Assembly (NCBI GenBank): GCA_963843565.1
Contig: CAWJKY010000002.1
Span: forward strand, 84,041-148,040
DNA: 64,000 nucleotides
Reading direction: 5' to 3'
DNA from: an uncultured Alphaproteobacteria bacterium
Lineage (GTDB): Bacteria; Pseudomonadota; Alphaproteobacteria; Rhizobiales; Kaistiaceae
Shown here: one piece after another, positions 7,168 to 14,672 of the stretch
How positions within the stretch are numbered: the stretch's first letter is position 1
Layout of the letters: every line of letters begins with the position of its first letter
Made by a program: the position numbers and the translations under genes
Notes under the pieces: model-generated
What the model was told of the DNA's origin: nothing
Seen by the model: only the letters and a program-made list of their open reading frames with translations
Databases searched by the model: none

Positions 7168-8967
7168 ATGCAGACGAAATCAGTGACAGGCGTGGCCACA
7201 TGGCGCCACGCCTCGACGGCGATTGCCGCCGCAATCATCCTGGCCGCGTCGGCCGCAACCGCCCTCGCCCAGACGACGGAACGGGCGAGCGTCGCGACCG
7301 GCGGCAGCCAGGCGACCAGCGACAGCTACAACCCGGCGATCAGCGCGGACGGGCACTTCGTGGCGTTCCAGTCCGCCGCCGCCGACCTCGTCGCCAGCGA
7401 CACCAACGGCAATTTCGACATCTTTGTCCATGACCGGCAGACCGGCACGACCGAACGGGTGAGCGTCGCGACCGGCGGCAGCCAGGCGACCGGCGGCAAC
7501 AGCAACAACGCGGCGATCAGCGCCGACGGGCGCTTCGTGGCGTTCGAATCCGACGCCACCGACCTCGTCAGCGGCGACACCAACAGTGCCAAAGACATCT
7601 TTGTCCATGACCGGCAGACCGGCACGACGGAACGGGTGAGCGTCGCGACCAACGGCACTCAAGAGACCGGCGCCAGCTCCGCCCCGGCGATCAGCGCCGA
7701 CGGGCGCTTCGTGGCGTTCGAATCCGACGCAATCGACCTGGTCAGCGGCGACACCAACGCTGCCACCGACATCTTCGTCCATGACCGGCAGACCGGCACG
7801 ACGGAACGGCTGAGCGTCGCGACCAACGGCACTCAAGCGACCGGCGCCAGCATCGCCGTGGCGATCAGCGCCGACGGGCGCTTCGTGGCGTTCGAATCCA
7901 CCGCCGCCGACCTCGTCAGCGGCGACACCAACAGTGCCAAAGACATCTTCGTTCATGACCGGCAGACCGGCACGACGGAACGGGTGAGCGTCGCGACCGG
8001 CGGCGTCCAGGTGCCCAGCCACAGCTTCGCGGCCGCGATCAGCGCCGACGGGCGCTTCGTGACGTTCTTTTCCGGCGACGCCAACCTGGTCAGCGGCGAC
8101 ACCAACAGCAAAGTCGATATCTTCGTCCATGACCGGCAGACCGGCACGACAGAACGGGTGAACGTCGCCACCGGCGGGACCCAGGCGGACGACAACAGCT
8201 ACAACTCGACGATCAGCGCTGACGGGCGCTTCGTGACGTTCCATTCCTACGCCACCAATCTCGTCAGCGGCGACGGCAACGGCTACGTCGATATCTTCGT
8301 CCATGACCGGCAGACCGGCACGACGGAACGGGTGAGCGTCGCGACCGGCGGGACCGAAGCGACCGCCGACAGTGTCCTCCCGGCGATCAACGCCGACGGG
8401 CGCTTCGTGGCGTTCTATTCCGGCGCCACCGACCTCGTCAGCGGCGACACCAACTCTGTCCCGGACATCTTCGTCCGCGACCGCGGCACCAGCGGAGCCA
8501 CGCTGGCGCCCCTGGCGCTGAACGCAACTGACGTCGGTACCGACGCCTTCACCGCCAACTGGACCGGCCAGGACGCAAGCGCCGTCGGCTACCGCATCGA
8601 CGTGGCGACGACCTCCTCCTTCGCGAGCGTCGGCGCGGCAGCCGAGGGGCCCGCCGACTTTGTACCGGGATATCAGAGCAAGCTGATCCTGTGCGTCCCC
8701 AACCCGTGCGTGCCCGGCACGGTCAGCCTCGCGGTAACCGGCGTGCAGCCAGGCACCCAGGCATACTACTACCGCGTCCAGGCCTGGGGCCTCGGCGGCG
8801 ACAGCGCCTACTCGGACGCGGTCCTGGCGAACCCGCCCCCCGCGACTCCGACCCCAACGCCCCCGCCCCCCGAGTCCAGCAGCGCCCTCAATCCGCTCGT
8901 CCTCGCCGGACTCGGCCTCGTCGCCGCTCTGGGGCTGCTTGGCAAGGCCCGACGGCGCACGGCCTGA
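7168..8967 (+). CDS. Secreted 7-bladed PD40/TolB-like propeller + FN3-like + C-terminal TM/Arg tail protein (paralog 5)
   Basis: ATG lies in the context GGGGGGATCGCGATG. Signal peptide AIAAAIILAASAATALA/QT, 7 blades, FN3-like segment. The Pro/Thr linker is longer (PPPATPTPTPPPPESSS). Tail ALNPLVLAGLGLVAALGLLGKARRRTA. Confidence 0.9.
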   Translation: MQTKSVTGVATWRHASTAIAAAIILAASAATALAQTTERASVATGGSQATSDSYNPAISADGHFVAFQSAAADLVASDTNGNFDIFVHDRQTGTTERVSVATGGSQATGGNSNNAAISADGRFVAFESDATDLVSGDTNSAKDIFVHDRQTGTTERVSVATNGTQETGASSAPAISADGRFVAFESDAIDLVSGDTNAATDIFVHDRQTGTTERLSVATNGTQATGASIAVAISADGRFVAFESTAADLVSGDTNSAKDIFVHDRQTGTTERVSVATGGVQVPSHSFAAAISADGRFVTFFSGDANLVSGDTNSKVDIFVHDRQTGTTERVNVATGGTQADDNSYNSTISADGRFVTFHSYATNLVSGDGNGYVDIFVHDRQTGTTERVSVATGGTEATADSVLPAINADGRFVAFYSGATDLVSGDTNSVPDIFVRDRGTSGATLAPLALNATDVGTDAFTANWTGQDASAVGYRIDVATTSSFASVGAAAEGPADFVPGYQSKLILCVPNPCVPGTVSLAVTGVQPGTQAYYYRVQAWGLGGDSAYSDAVLANPPPATPTPTPPPPESSSALNPLVLAGLGLVAALGLLGKARRRTA

Positions 8968-9009
8968 CCGAGAAGGATCTCGAGACCGGGATTGACATGG
9001 CGGCCACGT

Positions 9010-9035
9010 GAGCGCGCCCGCAACGTGGCGCGCTC
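9010..9035 (+). terminator. GC hairpin downstream of the last array gene
   Basis: GAGCGCGCC (9010-9018) - N8 - GGCGCGCTC (9027-9035), a perfect 9-bp stem. It lies between the array and the ATPase gene. Confidence 0.4.
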
Positions 9036-9118
9036 CGCCCGTCGTGCTAAAACGCGGCGGGCGGACAGCTGTTCTCTGCACACGAGGCGGGCGTGATCAT
9101 CGACGGCGTGATGCTGCT

Positions 9119-11632
9119 GTGGTTCGGTCCGGCGACACGCCGGTGGTGACCGGGCTGACCGACGCCGAGGCCGCCGCCCGGCGGGCGCGCGGCGAAGGCA
9201 ACGACGTCGAGATGGCCGCCAGCCGCGGCTACCTCGACATCGTCCGCTTCAACCTCTTCAACCTGTTCAACAACATCCTGTTCGTGATCGGCGCGGCGCT
9301 GATCGCGCTCGGCCGCACCTACGACGCCATGACCAGCGTCGGCCTGGCCCTGGTCAACGCCGTCATCAGCACCGTCCAGGAACTTTACGCCAAGCGGCAG
9401 CTCGACCAGATCGCGCTGCTCACCCGCCCGTCGGTGACGCTGGTGCGCGGCGGCAGCGAGCGCACCGCCGACCCGGCCGAGATCGTCAAGGGCGACACGC
9501 TGCGCCTCAAGGTCGGCGATCAGGTGGTGGTCGACGGAACGGTGACCGGCGAGGGAACGCTGGAGATCGACGAGGCGCTGCTCACCGGCGAATCGAACCC
9601 GGTCACCAAACGCGCCGGCGACCAGCTTCTGTCGGGCAGCTTCTGCATCGGCGGCAGCGGCGCCTACACCGCCGATCAGGTCGGCCGCGACAGCTACGCC
9701 AACAAGCTGACCGAGAGCGCCCGCCAGTTTCGCGTCGTGCTCACCCCGCTGCAGAAGCAGATCAACTACACGGTGCGCATCATCATGCTGGTGGTGGCGC
9801 TGATGAGCGGCATCATTTTGGTCGCGGCGATCCTCGAAAACGCCACGACGCTGCGCGTCGTCCAGCTCGCGGCGGTGCTCTCCGGGCAGGTTCCCTACGG
9901 CCTGTTCTTCATCATCGTCGTCGCCTACGCCTTCGGCGCCACCCAGAGCGCCCGCCGTGGCGCCCTCATCCAGCAGATCAACGCGGTCGAGTCGCTGAGC
10001 GACATCGACGTGCTGTGCAGCGACAAGACCGGAACGCTGACCACCAACCGGCTGACCGTCGCCGAGATCGTGCCGGCCGACGGCGGCAGCGCCGACCGCC
10101 TCGCGGCGCTGCTCGGGCGCTTCGCGCACGGCTCCGCCGACGGCGGCCCGACCATCGCGGCGCTGCGCAGCGCGATGCCGGCGGAGACCGCCGCGGTCGC
10201 CGGCGCCGTGCCGTTCTCCTCGGCGCGCCGCTGGAGCGCGGTGACGCTCTCCGGCGACAGCGACGCCGGAACGTATGTGCTCGGCGCCTGGGACGCGCTG
10301 GCGCCGGCGCTCGCCGACGGCAGCGAGATCCTGACCGACGCCCTCGCCCGCCTCACCGGCCGCGGCTTCCGCGTGCTGCTGTTCGCCCGCGCCGCCGACG
10401 GCGCCGCGCCCGGTGGCGAGGATCCGGCGCTGCCGCCGCTCGCCGCCCTCGGCCTCGTCGCGCTCGCCGACGAACTGCGGCCGCAGGCGGCGGAGATGCT
10501 GGCGGCCTTCGCCAGCATGGGCATCCGCCTGAAGATCATCTCCGGCGACGACCCGCGCACCGTCGCCGCGCTCGCCACCCAGGCGGGGCTTGCCGGCGAC
10601 ATCGTCACCGCGACCGGGCCGGAACTGGAAGATCTGGCCGACGACGCCTTCGCCGAGGCGGCGGAACGGGCGACCGTGCTCGGCCGCGTCTCGCCCGCCC
10701 AGAAGGAGCGCATCGTCGCGTCGCTGGTGGCGGGCGGTCACTACGTCGCCATGATCGGCGACGGCGTCAACGACGTGCTGGCGCTCAAGAAAGCCCAGCT
10801 GGGCATCGCCATGCAGAGCGGCAGCCCGGCGGCCCGCGCCATCGCCGACATCGTGCTGTCCGGCGACAGCTTCGCGCCGCTGCTGCCGGCCTTCGACGAG
10901 GGGCGCCGCATCATCGGCGGCATGATCACGGTGATGGCGCTGTTCCTGGCCCGCGTCTCGGCCTCGATCCTGACGATCATCGCGATCACCATGCTCGGTC
11001 TCTCGTTTCCCTTCGAACCGGCGCAGGTGGCGACCTCGCTGTTCACGGTCGGCGTCCCCGCGATGCTTCTGTCGCTGTGGGCCAGGCCGGTCACCCGGGT
11101 CGGCGACATCCTGCCCGACCTGGTGCGCTTCGTGATCCCCAGCGCCATCCTGTCGATGATCGTCGGCGCCGGCCTCTACACCCTCGAGTACCACCGCGTG
11201 GAGACCTCGGTGACCGGGATCGACATTCCGCAGCGCGTCATCGACATGTTTGAGCACGCCACCGGCGTCAAATACTCGGCGACCGACCAGTTCGCCGGAG
11301 CGGCGGCCACCATCGTCGCGCAGACGACGCTGTCGGTGTTCATCGCCTACTCGGCCTTCATCCTGATCCTGTTCGTCGAGCCGCCGCTGCGCTACTTCAC
11401 CGGCTGGCGCCGGCTGAGCACCGACCTTCGCCCGACCTGGATGATGATCGCGCTGTCGGTGGTCTTCTTCGTCATCGTGCAGAACGGGATGCTCGCCTCC
11501 TACTTCGCGCTGGTGCCGCTGCAGCCGCACATGCTGCTCGACGTCGCCATCGGACTGGTCATCTGGACGGTAGCACTGCGCGAGATGTGGCGTCGCGACT
11601 GGCTGGAGCGGTTCCTGGGACCGCGTGGATGA
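9119..11632 (+). CDS. Cation-translocating P-type ATPase (HAD-IC type), substrate unknown
   Basis: TGES actuator motif (LLTGESNPV), phosphorylation motif CSDKTGTLT (10022-10036), hinge motif GDGVNDVLALKKA, and about 10 predicted TM segments. The start is uncertain: in-frame GTGs occur at 9119, 9143 and 9146, and the track start at 9008 lies inside a hairpin. Confidence 0.9.
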   Translation: MVRSGDTPVVTGLTDAEAAARRARGEGNDVEMAASRGYLDIVRFNLFNLFNNILFVIGAALIALGRTYDAMTSVGLALVNAVISTVQELYAKRQLDQIALLTRPSVTLVRGGSERTADPAEIVKGDTLRLKVGDQVVVDGTVTGEGTLEIDEALLTGESNPVTKRAGDQLLSGSFCIGGSGAYTADQVGRDSYANKLTESARQFRVVLTPLQKQINYTVRIIMLVVALMSGIILVAAILENATTLRVVQLAAVLSGQVPYGLFFIIVVAYAFGATQSARRGALIQQINAVESLSDIDVLCSDKTGTLTTNRLTVAEIVPADGGSADRLAALLGRFAHGSADGGPTIAALRSAMPAETAAVAGAVPFSSARRWSAVTLSGDSDAGTYVLGAWDALAPALADGSEILTDALARLTGRGFRVLLFARAADGAAPGGEDPALPPLAALGLVALADELRPQAAEMLAAFASMGIRLKIISGDDPRTVAALATQAGLAGDIVTATGPELEDLADDAFAEAAERATVLGRVSPAQKERIVASLVAGGHYVAMIGDGVNDVLALKKAQLGIAMQSGSPAARAIADIVLSGDSFAPLLPAFDEGRRIIGGMITVMALFLARVSASILTIIAITMLGLSFPFEPAQVATSLFTVGVPAMLLSLWARPVTRVGDILPDLVRFVIPSAILSMIVGAGLYTLEYHRVETSVTGIDIPQRVIDMFEHATGVKYSATDQFAGAAATIVAQTTLSVFIAYSAFILILFVEPPLRYFTGWRRLSTDLRPTWMMIALSVVFFVIVQNGMLASYFALVPLQPHMLLDVAIGLVIWTVALREMWRRDWLERFLGPRG

Positions 11633-11651
11633 AAAAGGGAGGACCCGCACG

Positions 11652-11951
11652 ATGATCGTGGTCACCGGCGCGCTGCGCCTCGCCCCGGAAAGCGTCGCCG
11701 CGGCGCGGCCGCACATGCGCACCAACCTCGAAGCCACCCGCAAGGAAGATGGCTGCCTGCTCTACGCCTACGGCGAGGACGTGCTGGAACCGGGGCTGAT
11801 CCGCATCGTGGAGCGCTGGCGCGACTGGCAGGCGCTGGCCGCCCACGACCGCGCCGCGCACGTCGCCGCCTGGCGCGCGGCGCTGAAGGAGATCGGCGTG
11901 CTCGCCCGCGACCTGATCGCCTGCGAGGCGGGCGAGACGCGGCCGATCTGA
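11652..11951 (+). CDS. Antibiotic-biosynthesis-monooxygenase (ABM)-like small protein
   Basis: MIVVTGALRL...EDGCLLYAYGEDVLEPGLIRIVERWRDWQALAAHDRAAH matches the typical YgiN/ABM ferredoxin-like fold pattern. The internal ATG at 11652 is preferred. Confidence 0.65.
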   Translation: MIVVTGALRLAPESVAAARPHMRTNLEATRKEDGCLLYAYGEDVLEPGLIRIVERWRDWQALAAHDRAAHVAAWRAALKEIGVLARDLIACEAGETRPI

Positions 11952-11955
11952 GGAG

Positions 11956-12216
11956 TCACGACCTCAGCTTGGTGAGGACGTGGGCGGCGGCCACCTCGGC
12001 CCAGTCCTCGCCTTCCTCGACCTCTTCGATGAGCTCCGCGAGACGGCTCGCCTCGACGAACTCTCCGACCTTGCCGAGCACATAGGCGGCGTAGAAGCCC
12101 GCCCAGCTGGCGTCGACCACGCCCTTGAGGGCGACGCGCTCGTATTCGGCATGAACCGCGTCGGCGGCGATAAGCGCCGCACCGAGCGCGCCCGGCGATG
12201 GCAGATCGTGCGACAT
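11956..12216 (-). CDS. Hypothetical acidic small protein
   Basis: ORF in the coding-like frame. The internal Met start (MSHDLPSPGAL...) is preferred over the Arg-rich extension. No recognisable motif. Confidence 0.45.
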   Translation of the reverse strand: MSHDLPSPGALGAALIAADAVHAEYERVALKGVVDASWAGFYAAYVLGKVGEFVEASRLAELIEEVEEGEDWAEVAAAHVLTKLRS

Positions 12217-12303
12217 TGGTGTCGTGGCCCCTCGTGCGGGCGCCACCCTAGCGCATCCTTCGCCCAAGCGGAAAAATGCAGGTTGACGCCCCCGCACCGC
12301 ACC

Positions 12304-12337
12304 AAAAAAACGGGGCACCGCGAGGATGCCCCTTTTT
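12304..12337. terminator. Rho-independent terminator (bidirectional appearance)
   Basis: A7-run, stem GGGGCA (12312-12317) / TGCCCC (12327-12332), then T5-run. On the minus strand it reads stem followed by U7, downstream of the small Lys-rich gene. Confidence 0.65.
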
Positions 12338-12454
12338 ACCCTGCCCTCTACTCGGGCTCTTCCTCTTCCGTCCGCCGCACGGCCGCTCTTTCTTCGGATC
12401 GGCCGCGACGGCGGGGCGGAAGTGTGCGTCGCCGGCGAACCGGCGACCGCTACG

Positions 12455-12562
12455 CTACTTCCTCTTCGCAGGAGCCTTCTTGGCCGGAGCCTTCTTCTTC
12501 GCCGCCGGCTTCTTCGCGGCGGGTTTCTTCTTCGCAGGCTTGCGTACAGCTTTCTTAGCCAA
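12455..12562 (-). CDS. 35-aa Lys/Ala/Pro-rich histone-H1-like basic protein (absent from the ORF track)
   Basis: Minus strand: GAGGAG RBS, 7 nt, then TTG GCT AAG AAA ... AAG AGG AAG TAG. This translates to MAKKAVRKPAKKKPAAKKPAAKKKAPAKKAPAKRK. A terminator lies ~120 nt downstream. Confidence 0.6.
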   Translation of the reverse strand: MAKKAVRKPAKKKPAAKKPAAKKKAPAKKAPAKRK

Positions 12563-12740
12563 AGTGTATTCTCCTCTCAGCTTGAGCCGAATCGGCCCAC
12601 AATCATTTTAGTCCAACTTGCGCGTTAACAACGCGCTAATTCGTTTCATTGTGTCAACCCCGATTCAATTGAGTGACTTGCGCACGACACGCGCGCGCGA
12701 CACGTTCCCGCTCATCGTCTCGTCGTTACGGACAACATTC

Positions 12741-13529
12741 ATGGCGTCACGCTTCACCGCATTCGCGATGTCGATCTTCGTCGTCGCGTCGCTCTCGTGC
12801 GCGCACGCCGACGACACCATCGGCACCGCCACCGCGATCACAACGAGCGTCACCGGCAAGCTCGATCCGACCGACGCGGTCGGCCTCAACAAGGGCGACG
12901 GAGTCTTCCAGAACGAGACCATCGTCACCGACGACAAGGGCGTCGGACAGTTCGAATTCCGCGACAAGACGAAGCTCGCGATCGGCCCCAACTCGATCCT
13001 GGTACTCGATAATTTCGTATATGATTCAAAGAGTTCTAAGCAGAAGGTGGTCATCAACCTGACGCAAGGGGCGCTGCGCTTCGTCACCGGCAAGGCCAAC
13101 CACGACGCCTACGAGATCGTCACACCAGCCGCCGTCATCGGCGTGCGCGGCACGGTCTTCGACGTCTACGCCAAGCCTGACGGCGAGCTCGCGGTGGCGA
13201 TGATCGACGGCGCGGTGGAAGTCTGTCCGAAGCGCGCCGCGTGTCGCGTTCACAACGTCGTCGGCAAGTTCCTGACGATGACTCCGGCGGGCATCTTCAC
13301 CGTGCGCGACGCGTGGGACGGAACCTTTCTGAGCGGCATTTCGTTCACCGCGGCGCTGCCATTTCTGAGTAACCAGGCGATGTTGATTCCTGCCCTGCGT
13401 GGCAAGACAACAACAATCGGAAGCTACCTGACGGCGCTTCCCGACTCAGCGAAGAAGCGAATCAACCTTCCGGTAACCACGCCGTCGAAGGTCCTTCCGA
13501 AGCTCAAGGTGCCGAAACTCTTCAAGTGA
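12741..13529 (+). CDS. FecR-domain secreted protein
   Basis: Signal peptide MASRFTAFAMSIFVVASLSCAHA. FecR-like core: GDGVFQNETIVTDDKGVGQFEFRDKTKLAIGPNSILVLDNF...GALRFVTG...YEIVTPAAVIGVRGTVFDV. Confidence 0.75.
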   Translation: MASRFTAFAMSIFVVASLSCAHADDTIGTATAITTSVTGKLDPTDAVGLNKGDGVFQNETIVTDDKGVGQFEFRDKTKLAIGPNSILVLDNFVYDSKSSKQKVVINLTQGALRFVTGKANHDAYEIVTPAAVIGVRGTVFDVYAKPDGELAVAMIDGAVEVCPKRAACRVHNVVGKFLTMTPAGIFTVRDAWDGTFLSGISFTAALPFLSNQAMLIPALRGKTTTIGSYLTALPDSAKKRINLPVTTPSKVLPKLKVPKLFK

Positions 13530-13619
13530 GTCGGCGACGTGAGTCGCGCATCCGAGTCGGTCGCGACACGGGGATCGCGACCGACGCGCGACGCACGCCT
13601 GAAGACTCTCTTCGCCCCG

Positions 13620-13985
13620 TCAGTAGCCACTGCCGAACCCGAAGAAGAGATGCAGGCGCGGTCCGTAGGGGTACGGCGGCGGCGGCGGCGGATAGTAGGG
13701 CGGATCGTCGGGCGGCGCGTAGGGAGCGTAGGTGCTCAGGAAGCGCGACGACATCCAGCCGGCGCTGCCGCCGTAGCCGACCCAGCACCAGCCGGGCTGA
13801 CAGCCGCCGACCTCGACGGGCGAACCGGCGGGCAGCGCGAACAGCACCGGGTACGCGGTGCCGGGCCCTTGCCGCACATTGACGTTGTCGGTGGTCTCGG
13901 CCGGCCAGGCGAAGGCGGCGGTCGCGCCGGCGCCGGCCAGAACCAGACTGGCGATCGCGATCGCCAGCAGACGCGATGCACTCAT
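13620..13985 (-). CDS. Secreted SH3-like (SH3_3) domain protein with Pro/Tyr-rich tail
   Basis: Signal peptide, then TTDNVNVRQGPGTAYPVLFALPAGSPVEVGGCQPGWCWVGYGGSAGWMSSRFL, a bacterial SH3 pattern. The C-terminus is PPYYPPPPPPYPYG. Confidence 0.7.
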   Translation of the reverse strand: MSASRLLAIAIASLVLAGAGATAAFAWPAETTDNVNVRQGPGTAYPVLFALPAGSPVEVGGCQPGWCWVGYGGSAGWMSSRFLSTYAPYAPPDDPPYYPPPPPPYPYGPRLHLFFGFGSGY

Positions 13986-14363
13986 TCTTGTCTCCTCCTT
14001 CTTGCTCGGTTGCAGACACAGGGAACGCGAACGCGAAACGCGGGGGTGAGATACGGGCGGGCGACCGCGTATGAACTTATGTCGGCGAAACGGCGGCGGC
14101 CGTTTCCCGCCCGCCCGCGGCGGGCACCCGCCATTGCAATCCGCGGCACTCTGTCACATAAATTGTGGCACGATCGGGTATGGGCCGATCGAAGATGGAG
14201 AGCGCGACGGGCGCGAAGGCACCCGGAAAGCGGCGGGAAGTCGGATACCGCGGGCGACACCACATCATCCAACAGCAAAACGATCGTCGATATCGGACAG
14301 CCTGCCAACCCGGCCGGAGCGCGCACCAGTCGGGTGGGTGAAACGAACTGAAAAGGTAAGGCG

Positions 14364-14579
14364 ATGCGTCAGAACGGCACCGTGAAATTCTTCAATGCGT
14401 CGAAGGGCTACGGGTTCATTACCCCGGACGACGGCGGCAAGGACGTGTTCGTGCACGTTACCGCGGTCGAACGTTCGGGACTGGGATCATTGGCCGACGG
14501 CCAGCGGGTCTCCTTCGAGACCGAGCCCGACAAGCGCGGCAAGGGACCGAAGGCAGTGGAGCTTCAGCCAGCGACCTGA
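14364..14579 (+). CDS. cspA: Cold-shock protein, CspA family
   Basis: [35 protein letters not shown] contains the RNP1/RNP2 cold-shock motifs. Confidence 0.95.
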   Translation: MRQNGTVKFFNASKGYGFITPDDGGKDVFVHVTAVERSGLGSLADGQRVSFETEPDKRGKGPKAVELQPAT

Positions 14580-14628
14580 ACGAAGCAAGGCCGCGGCGAC
14601 AGCGGCCGACACGACGAGAATTCATCGA

Positions 14629-14657
14629 AGCCGCCGGCAACCCCGGCGGCTCTTTTG
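14629..14657 (+). terminator. Rho-independent terminator after csp
   Basis: AGCCGCCGG (14629-14637), loop CAACC, CCGGCGGCT (14643-14651), followed by CTTTTGT. Confidence 0.7.
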
Positions 14658-14672
14658 TGGGGGAAGACGATC

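Larger units (their letters stand above)
1..8967 (+). repeat. Head-to-tail tandem duplication array: gene plus spacer unit of ~1.91 kb, at least 5 copies, each gene built from ~130-bp blade repeats
   Basis: Start codons at 1425, 3343, 5262 and 7168 are spaced 1918, 1919 and 1906 nt apart. Strings such as GATCAGCGCCGACGGGCGCTTCGTGGCGTTC recur in nearly every blade of every copy. Spacer sequences are also homologous between copies. Confidence 0.95.

Noticed and set aside
568-8195. tRNA-like GTTCGAATCC strings and many short out-of-frame ORFs inside the array
   Set aside because: The strings are simply the codons for A-F-E-S (GCG TTC GAA TCC) in blades. No cloverleaf context is present. The short ORFs are frame shadows.
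1-8967. Regular ~130-bp periodic repeats that might suggest a CRISPR array or satellite
   Set aside because: The repeats are in-frame coding modules (blades) of long ORFs with signal peptides and C-terminal domains. The unit is far longer than a CRISPR repeat, and there are no unique spacers or cas genes.
1-8967. Diversity-generating retroelement or other targeted hypermutation as the source of blade variability
   Set aside because: No reverse transcriptase or template repeat is in the window. The substitutions are not restricted to adenine-templated positions as far as I could see by eye.
2983-9081. Very long minus-strand ORFs (2983-4305, 5175-6398, 7180-9081) antisense to the propeller genes
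   Set aside because: Their translations are Arg/Gly/Ala/Asp-rich low-complexity mirror images (e.g. HEAPVGADRR repeated) of the sense repeats. They have no start context or RBS. In high-GC repetitive coding DNA, stop-free antisense frames are expected.
9008-11743. ORFs 9047-11743 (-), 9925-10713 (-), 10015-11253 (+) and the 9008 start of the ATPase ORF
   Set aside because: These are Arg/Gly-rich shadow frames overlapping a gene with unambiguous P-type ATPase motifs. Position 9008 lies inside the 9010-9035 hairpin, upstream of the conserved N-terminus.
12276-12628. Plus-strand ORFs 12276-12611 and 12326-12628
   Set aside because: Their Phe/Ala/Gly-rich repeats are the complement of the Lys/Ala/Pro codons of the better-supported minus-strand small gene, which has an RBS and a terminator.
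12620-12636. Inverted repeat GCGCGTT-AAC-AACGCGC between the small basic gene and the FecR-like gene
   Set aside because: It is short (7-bp arms), occurs once and has no flanking promoter logic that I could establish. It is not reported as a feature.
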